Positions 21,571 to 34,747 of a stretch of 64,000 nt of DNA are shown piece by piece. The notes beneath the pieces were generated by a model. It ran no database searches, was not told the origin of the DNA, and worked only from the letters and a program-made list of their open reading frames with translations. The number at the start of each line of letters is the position of its first letter. Position 1 is the stretch's first letter. The DNA comes from Prorocentrum cordatum. Its lineage: Eukaryota. The DNA is taken from contig CAUYUJ010000003.1 in assembly GCA_963575745.1 (NCBI GenBank), forward strand, positions 992,001 through 1,056,000, given 5' to 3'. A program made the position numbers and the translations under genes.

Positions 21571-23149
21571 TCGCCAAGTAGCGCGGCGACTCGGTCGATG
21601 AACTCGATCGAGCCTGTGCCCGACGAGGTCGGTCACCACGCGCAGGTCCAGATGGGCGGCGCAGGGCGCCGCCGCGCCCACTGCGGACGCGAAGCTGGGC
21701 GCGCCGCCCGGCGACTGCACGAGGTCTTGCCGAGGCGCCCCGAAGCAGGGGCTGGTCGGGGAGACCGCGCGCGGTCCTGCTGCGGCGGGGCCTCCTCTGG
21801 CGCGCCCCCGCCCGCTGCCGCGCGGGCCGACGCCGCGGGCGCCGGGCCCGCCGATGCGCGCTCTGCGCCGATAAAACGGAAATCGGCGACGACGTCGGCC
21901 AGGCCGCGGCGCGGCCTGCAGGCAGCGCGCCGCACGGGCGCCCGCGCCTTGCACCGGCGGCACATGGCATGCCCGGAGCAGAACGCGGCTGCACAGCGGG
22001 AGCGCCACCCTCGCGCCATGCTGGAAGGCCTTGACGCAGCAGGGGCGCTCCTGATCATCGCCGGCGAAAGCCGCGACAAAGGGATGCTCGGCAGGCGTCG
22101 CGGCCAGCGCGGGAGGATGATCAACGAGGGCTTCTGTCCAACTCTGCGCGGCCTGACGCCGCCGCTCGCCCTGCTGCCGCATGAGCTCAAGGGCTAGCTG
22201 TGCGCCAGAGAGCTCGTCGAGGCGCCGCCGCTGCGCGCGGCCGAGGGCGGCGCCCGCGTCGCGCTCGGATCGGCCGCCGCTGGCCATCTAGGTCTCGCAG
22301 CTGGCAAACCGCATGGCCACTCTCCCAGACAGCTGACTCGCGTCGACGGGGCTGTTCTGGTTGACCAGAGCCAGCTCCTGGGGAGATTCTGGCACTGGCG
22401 GTGGCGCAGCTGCCCGCGCGGACTTTGGTCGCCACGTGGAGCTCGATCTACATGGAGTGCTGACTGATGCCGCGGTCGGGAGGCGGGGCTGGTGGCGCGG
22501 CGACTCGCGCGTTGGTTGCCGACCCAGTCGCGCTCCTGAGCTTGCCCCAGTTGGGTCGCGCCGCCGACTCGCGTCCTTGCGGTCTTGGTTGTGGTTGCGC
22601 CGTGGAGGCCGCTGGAGCGGTCGGCGCTGCCGGCGCGGCCGCTGCCCCGGCGCCGCCGCGGGCGGCGCCGCTTCCCCCGCCGACGCCGCGCGGGCTGGCG
22701 GCGCAATCACGGGGCCCGCTGGCGCTGCAGATTCTTGCGCGCGGCCCGCGAATTCTGCCATCCGCCGCCCTTGTCGTCGCAGTTCCGAAAGTTTGGGCGA
22801 TGACGAAGATGGGGGTGACGCGCCTACCCACTGTGACCAGCGGCCGCGGCCATCTCGTTGCCGAGGGCCGTCTGGCGACGCACTTGGAGCGGCTGCTGTC
22901 GCTCTCGGCCGCGTCGCCGGCGCTGCTGGAGTCGGATGCCCGCCCGCCCGTGGGCCAGCGCCCTGCGTGAAATCGCCATCCCCAGGGCCCCTGGCCGAGG
23001 GGCAGCGGAGTGCCAGGACCGCCCCTAATCATCCGCGCGGCGCATGTGCCTGGCGAAGGCAGATGCTCGGACGCCCCGCTGCCCCAGCCGCGCGAGCGGC
23101 GACAATGCTGGCGGCGAAGGCGGCGCCAGGGCGCAGGCGCTGAGCAAGG

Positions 23150-24340
23150 GGGCGCGCCCTCGCCTGCGGCGCTGGGGGCAGTCGTTCACGAGGCGCCCCT
23201 GAGGCTTGCACTCGCGGCATTTGAGACGCGGCCCACCATGGCCGGGGGCGTTTGCCCTGGCGGCCCGAACCCGCGCCGCTGGCCCTGCACTTCCCCTTGC
23301 CTCTGCCTTTGCCTTTGCCCTTCCGCGAGCCCGCGAAAGCCTCCCGGGCGCCGTTGTCGCGCGGGTCGGCCAGGCAGGTGCGGCGGCCTTGTTCGATGAC
23401 CCCCTGGGCGCAGCGCGCGGGCTTCCAGCGCCGACGTGCTTCGGCGCGCTCGCGAGCCCCAAAAAGGTGCCCACCGCGCCGCCCCACTGGAAAGCCGCGC
23501 AGCTCGGGGCCGTCTGCGGCAATTTCTTCGCCGAAAGAGCGGGCGGCATCTGCGTCTATGCCTGAGTCGACGCCTGCCATGGGGAGGTCCCCTGCGTTGG
23601 CGCCGCCGCGCTGGCGTCGCCGGCGGCGACTGCCGGCGCGGGCGGGCCTGGCGCCGCCCCCAGCGCAGCTGGACCCGTGCCGTTCCCTCTCGATCCGGCC
23701 ACGGCGCCACAGGCATCCTGAACCTGATCTCGAGTGGGCGCGCCCGTCAGGATGGCGCGCTGTCGGGCGCAATGGGCCGCCGAGGCGAGATTGTCCGACG
23801 CCTCGATCGCGCGCTCAAAGCGCCGCAGGCGGCCCATCGCGCGCGCGAGTTGCTGGACCTTCGCGGCGCAGGCAATATTGCGGCGAGATCATGGTCGGTT
23901 GGACGTTCGACGCGCCAGCCGCGCACAGCAGGAGGAAGCTGAGACCCTCGTGGCCGATCGTGAATCGACCGACTTGCTGCGCCCAAGCCCGCGGGATGGC
24001 GAATCTCGCGAGGAGATTGTCCATGCGCTCTTGAAGCGGCGCTCCACCTCGCCCAGTTGGCCCCGCCGTTCCTGCGCGTCGGGAGGATGATCGGCGGCGC
24101 TGGGTCGCCGTTGACGAGGCCCCCTGGACCACGACAGCTGGCGGCCGTTCGCCCGCGCACTCGCGCGCCATGCTGGCGAGGCGCGTCGAGTCGCAGGCAG
24201 CCTGGCGAAACTCGTTAGGGCCTGAGTTCACCGGTGACCAGATCATCACCTCGCGCACCCATCTCTGGAAGAGGCACTCGAGCTTGCTGCTCGGGCCCCC
24301 AAGTTCGGAGGCGCAGCGCGCTGCCGCTGTCGCCGCCTGC
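23150..24340 (-). pseudogene. Gag remnant with degenerate zinc knuckle
   Basis: FQRWVREVMIW..RQAA..ERMDNLLARF; CRECKPQGRLVNDCP (CCHC with H->R). Confidence 0.65.
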
Positions 24341-25296
24341 GCCCGCGCGGGAGATGCTGGTGGCGATGGCAACGACGTCCACCCCGATGGCCTCCCATCC
24401 AGCGCGTGGCTCCCTCTGCGCGTCACATTAGCGCTGGAGGCCAAGGATCGACCAACGGCTCTGCTCGTGAAGTGTGCCTCCGAGCCGCCGTGGATGCCCG
24501 CCCGGGACGGGTTCCTCCTCGTCTGCCCACTGGGCGCGGGATGCGGCGCTCTCGGCGCTCGGGGCATCCCGGAGCGCAGGCAGGGGAGTGCTTCTCGCAC
24601 GTCGAAGCGTCACTGTGCTGAGCGCCGCCAACTGCGCGATCATCGACAGGAGTGCGCATCGGGACGCAGCCCTGCCGGGCTGATGGGGATGCGTGGGCGA
24701 GGCAAAAGGTCGCGCACCAAGGGGTCGGCGGGTTCTCCCAGATCCGCTTCGCTGTCCCTCGGAGCCCTGGCGACACAGTCGCCATACCCCCCATTGCATC
24801 CCCGCTCTTCTCTGGTTGATCCTCACAAGGCTTTCATGACGCTGTCACCAGAAGCCTGGGGCCCTTACCAGACACCGCAGAAATCAACGTTGTGCAGAGC
24901 AGCGATAGGAGATGTGCGACTACATCCACAAGCGGGTGCATTGACGGCAGGAAGTCCGCGAACTGCGTTGACGCAATCAATGCAAACCCGGGAGGGATCG
25001 CTCAAAACTTCGGCGCGCCACGAGGTTCGTCGTCGTCGTCGTCAGCGGCGCGGCCCGGGTCCTTGTACGTAGGTTTGACATACTTGTTGGTATGCATGTT
25101 GATGCATTGTTTGATGCCAAGGTGCACCAAGGCGAAACTTATAATGGATATATCGCTGAGCGGCCAGCATGATGAACAGCGAACAGCTTGATGTAGAGCG
25201 GCGGAGGACGCGAGCTGGCACCATCGAAGCAATGCAACACATGGCGGCCGTGGTATTGGAGCCGAGGCCCCGCCACCAACTCGAGAAAGTGATGTG

Positions 25297-25455
25297 AGGG
25301 GTGAGTGTGAGAGATGAGCTACTTCTGTAAAGCGAATGGAGAACGATTATTTCAGCATGTATTATAGCGGGCGCGTGCAAGGATCCATTTGCAAACGGCA
25401 GCGGGATGGCAGGCCAACTATGGAACAGGCAAGGATGAGGTGAGACAGGTAGGAA
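25297..25455 (-). repeat. Putative 5' LTR remnant of copia element 1
   Basis: Diverged direct repeat of 14505-14665. Confidence 0.6.
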
Positions 25456-25954
25456 GAGGAGGAAAAGGGAGATGGGAGGAGGAGGACCCCATGTGGGAGG
25501 CCGAGAAGGGGGGAGATGGAGGAGGGGGGAGGGAGGGGGAGGAAGGGAGGGAGGGAGGAGGGAGGGGGCAGGGAGGGAAGGATGGAGGGAGAGACGGTGG
25601 AGGTCTTCATCGGGGACCTGCAAGCCTTCCGGGAGGAGGGCGCGCGCGAAGGCAGCGCGGGCGAGGCGGCACACCTCGGAAGGCGTGTTGCGAAATTTCC
25701 CACCGTTCCCCGTCCGCCACCCCCTCCCCGGCCGATGGCGGCCGCGTGGGCGGGCAAGGGGCCTTCGTGTCCTCTGGCGCGGGGCCCACGAGGGAGGACA
25801 GGTTCGGGAAAGCCGTTGGTTATGAAGATGTATCACGCGACGGGTGCGCCGTGCTCACCGGACCCGGTGGCGAGCCCGTTCATGGTGCCGCCCCTCGTCT
25901 TCACGCTGGTGATCGTGATGGTCGTGCTGGGCCTGGAGGTGAGCGGTTCCTAAA

Positions 25955-26140
25955 GGATCTGCGTGACTCTGGAGGCGATCTACGTGTCGCTGGAGGCGGT
26001 CCTCGGCACGCAGCAGCAAATCTACGCGACGCTGGGGGCGACCCTCGAAAAACTTGAGGTGATCTGCGTGACGCTGGAGGCAGTCTTCGGTACGCGAGAG
26101 ATCTACGAGACGCTCGGGGTGAGCTGCGTGACGCTGGATG
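25955..26140. repeat. 21-bp-based minisatellite (gatctRcgtgacgctggaggc)
   Basis: Read directly. Confidence 0.75.
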
Positions 26141-28959
26141 CATCAGCTTCGGGTGTTGCTAGAAGTGCCCCAGGCTCAAGGTGCCCCCCGGGATTTCCAG
26201 CGAGACCCCCACGGCCGCCAGAGCACCCCTCACGAGGCCCAGAGGGCCCCAGGGGCTCGAAAGTTGAGCGGAAAGCTGGGGGCACATTGGGCAAGGGGTA
26301 CCCCCAGCAGCCCCCGACTATTGAACTCTGGACGCTGCCTGCGGGACGCTGGAGGCGGTATTCAGGATGATGCTGGCGATCGTGGCACGGGCACCGCTGA
26401 GAACGTGACGAGGACGTCCTCGAGGGGACGCCCTCGAGGCAACAGGCCGCCGGCGAGGAGGACGTCCTCGAAGGAGCCGCGCCTGCTCGCGGAGGGCTCC
26501 ACTAGGGTGCCGCGGGAGGGGGGGGAGGGCTCCTGGCCGCGCCAGGCCCGTGCGGGCATGGGCCACGTCGGCCTCGCGACGAAGCTGCTCAGAAACGCGC
26601 GTGGCAGCCCGAGCCCGTTGAACTCCGCGGTAATCGGCGGGATGAGCTCGAAGCGCAAGAAGAAGGCGAAGAAGAAGAAGGCGAAAAAAAATAGGAAGGA
26701 GAAGAAAAAAAAACATAACAAGAGGAAACGTAACAAGAGCAAGAGCGAGGACCACGACAACAACAGCAGGAAGGTCCACGACGAGCGGGCGTACTCGGGG
26801 TCGTCGAGGCCACAGAGTCGTCCGAGGCCGAGGCGGCTGTGGGGAGGGAAGCATGCTGCGAGTCCGCCCTCCCCACCGCGGCCTCTGCTCCTGCAGCCGG
26901 GGCCGCGCGTCGGGGGGTGCAGGCCTGGGTCGCCCATGGGCGAACGGGGGGTCCTCTGCCGGCTGCGTGAGGCCAGAGCTGAGGAGCTTTGGTCCGCAGA
27001 TGGCATCTCGTCTGCCAGTGTGCCTGAGAGGCCGCGTCGCCACGTCGCGGCGGCCAGGTGTATTTGCTTGAACAGCATGGCCATGGCCCCTCCCTCCGTC
27101 CCATCTGCCCTCCCCCCCCTCCCTAACCCCATTATCCCCCCTTCCTTCCCCGAAGCACTGATCGGTCTCTCCCTCCCTCTCTCACCCTTGCCCTCCCCCC
27201 TCCCGAGAAAAAACACCTCACCTGGCGGAGGGGCGTTGGCAGAGGGGAAGGTTCGGGAGTCAGCGGACGCGGCCTTCAGAAGGTCAGAACGCTGCCAGAC
27301 ACGGCGGCAGGCTCACCGTCAGTTCGCGCGCCCGCGAGCGGGGTACTTACAGTCGGACCTTGGCCAGAAGAACGTCATTCAAGAACATGGGACCCTCCTC
27401 CGACCAAAACACGCAGAACGTCCTAGGGTATCATCCCCAGGATGCATAAGAACACCCAACAAACACGAAGAACATTAGGGTACCCTCCCTGGACCGACCT
27501 CGATCTTATACGTACTTCGGTCCGACTGTATGTCCTGACGGTCCTGGCCAAAGATCTCCGCGGAGGGAAGGTCGGCCCGAGAGCAGAAGCGAGGAGTACG
27601 CAACACGTCCCGAACTGTCCTGGATCCCGTCCGTCCGCGCGCTCGCGAGCACGGAGCCTTCTTGCAGGGCTCCGGGCGAGGCCCGGGCGCTCACGCTCGA
27701 AGGCCTCCGCGGCGGAGAGTTGGTCCAAGAACAAGGGGGGGGGGCGTGCCGAGTTCCGTCCCGGACTCCTGGGTGGGCACGGCTCTTCTGTGGCATGGCG
27801 AATCACGAGGAGGGCGCGCTACGCCAAGAAGCCTGCTGTGCAACCGAAAGGCAGCAAAGCCTCGTCTCGGAGCAGGCCCCACGTCCCTCTACATGCTGCG
27901 TGGTGCAGAGGAGAGTCAACGCGCGTGGGTCCTCTCAAGGCCCCCCCTCCCCAATGCAGCCTAAGCCTCAAACCTTGGAGAAGTTGCCAGAAGCCCAGGC
28001 ACAGTCTAGTGTGATGCGCACGGGCGGTTCTAAATGCGTAGCAGCACAGAACCGACATCGAGGAGTTCACGGCACCTCCCAACATGACATGCCTCCTGCG
28101 CGTGCCCCAACCCGCCTTACATATGGCGGCACATGTGTCACAAAACAACTCGCGAAGGTTGGCCTTCAAGTAGAACTACAATCGAAGCGGAACTGCACGA
28201 GTCTCGCGAATGAACAAACACAGGTCATTGCATCTGTTACCGTTCACGTTTCAAAGAAATTGCTATACAAGTGCTTGAGTGTCGAACGCCTTGATTGAGC
28301 ACTCCAGCTACACCAGGCGGGGGGCCTCACATGTCCTCACGAGGGTGAGCGCTTTTGACTCGCAGAGGCGTGCAGGCGCAGATTCACAGAACCTGCTGAC
28401 GAATCCGAAATACATACAAAAAAGTGTTTTGTGAGCCTGTACACGGCCCCATCTCACATGTCCTTGCATAGAGATGAGGCGAGGCCTTATGGAAACCGTG
28501 GAACATGGGAGGCAATATAGGGAGAGGGGCAACGCGTCACAAATGAGAGCGATGGATGTCGGGATGAAGGATAGCGCGGTGATAAGGCCAAGGAAGAAAC
28601 TGACCCCCGCAGACAAATGTTTGGACCGAGCGGAATACCACGTGTGTATCCAGATCAGTGGTGCAAGCCGAACCACGGTAGATGAAGCGAAACATACAGC
28701 CGCCACCCAAGACACGTTTCACACAACCAGTCCAAACTGCAACGAGTGTAACGACGACACAAGTAGGCGATAAATAAGAACATCGTGACAAACAAGTCTC
28801 GGACCCAACACGCAACTTGATACACGACAAGCTTGGAAGTATCAGTGCCCAACGAAGAGAACGAAGTGTGAGGAAGGGGCACAGAGAACACGAGAGAGAA
28901 GGAGAGAGAAGGAGAGAGAGATAGGGGGAATCGATCACAGGACAGCAAGAAAGCGGGCA

Positions 28960-29320
28960 GAGCATGCGAACGCAGCCACTGGAGCCTTCGGTGGAGCTCC
29001 CTGTGGGGCCACGTTCCTCGTGAGTGGTGTGCTGACATGGGCGCGAAGCCGCATGCGAACGTAGCCACTTGGGCCTTCGGTGGAGCTCCCTATGGGGCCA
29101 CGATCCTCGTGAGGCTGCGGTGGAGCTCCCTGTAGGGCCACGATCCTCGTGAGGGGTGTGCTGGAATGGGCGTGGTGCCGCCATGGGAACGCAGCCACTG
29201 GGGCCTTCGGTGGAGCTCCCTATGGGGCCACGATCCCCACGAGGGGTGTGTTGGAATGGGCGCGGTGCCGCCATGCGAAGCCAGCCTCTTGGGCATTGGG
29301 TGGAGCTTCCTATGATGCCA
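28960..29320. repeat. ~90-bp tandem satellite (gccactgggccttcggtggagctccctatggggccacgatcctcgtgagg...)
   Basis: Units near 28972, 29061, 29119 (partial), 29191 and 29283 (degenerate). Confidence 0.85.
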
Positions 29321-30012
29321 TTAAACGCGTGAGGGTGCAGAAACGGAAACCTTCGGAGGGCAGGGGCACGGATGGTAGGATGGGAGCCCCTCCGAACTTC
29401 TCCACCTCCTCGCCTCCAGCCTCGTCCGCGTCCTAGCTCGTGTCGAGGGCGCCTCGCCAAGCGGAGCGCCAGAGGCATGGGCGACGAGGGCCGCGCGTGG
29501 GACGCTGAGTTAGGAACGAAGGGGCTTCCCTGGCCAGGCCGACCTGGATCGAAGGAGCGGCCGAAAGTCAGAACCCAAGCCAAACGACTCTGAGTGTGAA
29601 AAACAGTCGCGCCCGGATCTCAGGGCACCGTTTCTTACAAACCGCCGGCTACCGGCGAGCTCCACCACCGCGGGCACCGCCCTGGCCTCTGGACGAAGCT
29701 GGCCGCGCTCCAACCCAACCTGGGCCCGCAGTGGCCCTTGTTACAGCTTCTTGACTGACTGTGGGCGACGACGAACTACAGAAACATACGCTGTCAAAGC
29801 TGCGCTGGCCCCCCCTGGCGCGCTGCGCTGGCCAGGGAGGGGGACTCAACCCCGATCCCAGAAATCCGCGCGGAGATCCGGAAGTGTACGCTTATGAGAG
29901 CAGGCCAGCATATGGAGACGAATGGAAGCAGACGAGAAGGGAGGCACACGAGAAGGGAATCAGACGAGAAAGGAAGCACACACGAGGAGAAGCAAACGAG
30001 ACGGGAAGGAGA

Positions 30013-31730
<1,718 letters not shown>

Positions 31731-33854
31731 GTGCGTTCGAACGGAAGCAAACGAGAAGGGAGGAGGCAGGCAAGACCCAAGGGCACTGGACCCTGAGCCG
31801 CAGCTCGCTGGACGATGCGGCGACGTGCACGCCACCCGCTTCGGGGTGGTGCCGCGCGGGGCCGCGGCGCGCGCCGCCCCTGCGGCAACAAAAAAACGGC
31901 CCCGTGGCCAGGCCGCCGACGGCTGGGCGCGCAGTCTGGGCGGGGACGAGAGATGCAAACGGAGAGGGGCCGCACGGGGGAGGCGGGGATGCAGCTGCAC
32001 GGCGGCGGCTTTCTGGGCCGCCCGCGCTGCAGGCAGCAACGGTGGACGGGGGCGGGCACTGGATGAGGGAGCCCTGGGACAGCTGCACGCCTGCTCGCCC
32101 CAATCGAGGATGATGAAGCGAAGACAAGGCCGAAGTTGAGGCCAACGGAGCCAAAGTCGAGGCCAGAGCGGAAACCTGAATATGTGGTAGCTCGAAGCTG
32201 GAAATGGGTAGGCAAGACAAAACGCCACGGCTGAAGACAGGGGCGACAGGGCCTCCTTTGAAGAGGGCTTGCGAGGTGGCAGAGAAATCACGGATGAAGC
32301 GGAGCGAAATGGCAGGAGCAAGAAGGAGCACGAGCGAGGAAGGAGGAGCGAGAAGGTGGCCAGCGAAGAAGGGGTGCGGGACGGCGGCGGAAAACACCTT
32401 ATGGTCGAGGCTAGAATTAAGATAGTACTACCCAGCGAAGAATGAGCAAACGTTAAGCCCCAATTGTGAACATTTGCCATTCTAGCCTTGTGCGTTCAGC
32501 CCCCGCGCAGGGCGCCACAGACTCCACAGACCTGGCGAGCCTCGTGGAAGTTGCCGAAGGAACTCTTGACCTTGATGACTGGCGCAGCTGTTCGGTGGCG
32601 TGCGGGGTGCGGGGGGGGAAGTGAAAAAGAGCAGGCGTTCTCAGAAGGCGGCGGGACTTTTGAGAAGCCCTCCGGCCATATGGGAGCTTGTCCGTGTCTT
32701 CGGGGGAGGCTCAGAGAAATTGTCAGAAGGCTGGGGGCCTTCTGACCTTCCTGAGAAGGCCCGCTCCCTCGGACTTCCCTCCTGAGCTCGCCGCCGATAG
32801 CTGCTCATCTTTATACGGGGGGCCCAGAGCTCTCGACACTTTGTCTCGTATGGACTGCGCGTCGTGGGCTGTCCTCTGTGGGCCCCAGGGCCCGAAATAC
32901 GCCACCACATGCGCACACGAAGAAACTCAGCCGCCCCCCATTTTTCTACATGGCGCTGACGCCTGGGTCGTCGTTGGACCGCCGCGAGCCAGGGAAAGCC
33001 TTTCGAGACAGCCCGCGCTCGCGTCCCAGGGAGCCTCCCCCGACGAGGCGGAGCCGCTGGTCAAGGGCACCTCGGGGCCTGAAGACTTGAGCAGGGGCTG
33101 ACTGTCCTGGCATATCCATAGGCCTACCACGACATGTTCTTGGAGCCCGACGATGCCATAAGAACGAAACAGTGCTCTTAGAACATAAATCCGATGTATG
33201 GATACAAGCCAGTCTCAATCAGATATGTTCTGAGAACGCCTTGCGCAGGCCACAAAACTGGTTTTCAGGACATTCTCTGGTGGGCCTATATGGCAAGCCA
33301 GGACGCTTCGCTACTGCTCGATCCGGGGCACCTCAGGGCCTGAAGAAACACGAGAACTTCAACAGAACCTCCGGACTCTTTCAGTCAGCGGCGCAGAAGG
33401 CCCTCAAGCGCGAGCAGCGGATGGAAGTGTTCATTGCGATCGAGCAGTGTCGAAGGCACAATGCAATTTCCGAGACGCGCACAGTATCTCCAGACACGCA
33501 CGAACACCTCCCGCAGAGGCAGAGGCGCCGCAACTGCAGCATCCGCGGCAGGCGCTGCAGCCCCGGAGGCAGGCGGCGAGGGCCACGGAGGGGTGCGCCG
33601 ACGGGGCGGGCGGGGCACGCAGCTGCCGGGGAGACGCAAGACTCGGGCTCGGGGGGCTCAGGCTTTGGCGGCGAGCGAAGGGGGGGGAAATGAGAAGGAG
33701 AATGCCTTTTCAGAAGGCGGCGGGAAGTTTTCTTCTGTGCCTTCGGGGAAGACTTTGAAAACTTCTCAGAACGCCCGGGGGCTTCCGAGCCTTCTGAGAA
33801 GGGCCGCCCCTTCTCACTTCCCCCCTCGCTCGCCGCCGAGGGTTGGCCTGACAG

Positions 33855-34012
33855 GGCCATCATGGAAACGACGAGACCCGGTCTGAAATTGGACGCGAAC
33901 TCCCGCTGCAGACACCCCACGAAAACCAGACGTCAGAATCCGGGACGCGCTCGTCAAGAGGCGTCGGCAGGCCCGAGCTCCTGCGCACTCGAGCCTGACG
34001 TTTTCCCGAGGA
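33855..34012 (+). repeat. Dispersed repeat; diverged copy at 47714-47875
   Basis: Shared gccatcatg..cccacgaaaac..aatcc.ggacgcgctcgtcaa..gcgcactcg. Confidence 0.75.
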
Positions 34013-34065
34013 TGACAGGTGCGCCCCGGCCTTCTGCACAAGGCCAGGCCGCACGGTCACTGTAC

Positions 34066-34747
34066 TCAGCCGGACGTCTCGGGCCACTGCCCCGCACCGC
34101 ACGCGCACGCAAGGCCCTGCCCACACAGGGCGCAGGCGGCAGGGAAGCCCGGCACTCCCGAGCGCATGGTCCTGCGCTGCTGCTTCCACTCTCTCTTCCG
34201 CAGCTTCTTGACACCCGGAGGGCATAGGTGGCAGAACCTGGGAGCAAGAAAATACGACATCACCATGGCCCAGACATCTCCTTCTGCGCGTTCTGACCAG
34301 GATTCCGAAGCGAATCCGGCCGTGGCGACGGGGGAAGGGCAGCGGTACGGGCAGCGGTATGGGTCTCGTTCCCCTCCTCTGAGGACTTGCATTCGTAGCC
34401 GCTCTCGCACGCATCCTTGAAGAAGAACGCGCACGGCTTGCAGATGCCCAGCGCATGGCCCTGGGAGCCCACCTGAGGAGAAACAGAAGTGGGGGATTTG
34501 CTCGGAGGGGGGGACATTGACTTGGAATCGGCGATAGGCCCTGGATAACAAAACTGCCTTTCCTGGGCGGAGTGGGGCAGCCAGGCTACGATTGTCGATG
34601 AATGGGCGATTGGGGGTCGATGTTCCCCCCCTGGGCCAGTCCGCTGACCACCGACGGCAGCGCGAGCTCGCCCAGGCCTGGCGGGGGCGCCACTGCGGCT
34701 GCCGGCGGCTGGCCAGTGGGGCGTGCGGCGGCAGAGCTGGCGTCGTC
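34066..34747 (-). CDS. 3' exons of a host CCCH-type zinc-finger protein gene (exons 34747-34652, 34472-34387, 34237-~34066)
   Basis: Removing GT-AG introns 34651-34473 and 34386-34238 gives LPSVGSQGHALGICKPCAFFFKDACESGYECKFCHLCPPGVKKLRKREWK in one frame. 5' exons not resolved. Confidence 0.85.

Larger units (their letters stand above)
14505..25455 (-). mobile_element. Old, heavily decayed Ty1/copia LTR retrotransposon (gag-PR-DNMT-INT-RT-RNaseH)
   Basis: Frameshifted motifs in copia order on the - strand, bounded by diverged direct repeats 14505-14665 and 25297-25455. Confidence 0.75.

Noticed and set aside
26138..27478. 446-aa ORF with a Lys-rich stretch
   Set aside because: Patchwork of low-complexity tracts with no recognisable domain.
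28960..29320. CRISPR-like repeat array
   Set aside because: Intervening sequences are themselves repeated, there are no cas genes, and the context is eukaryotic satellite.
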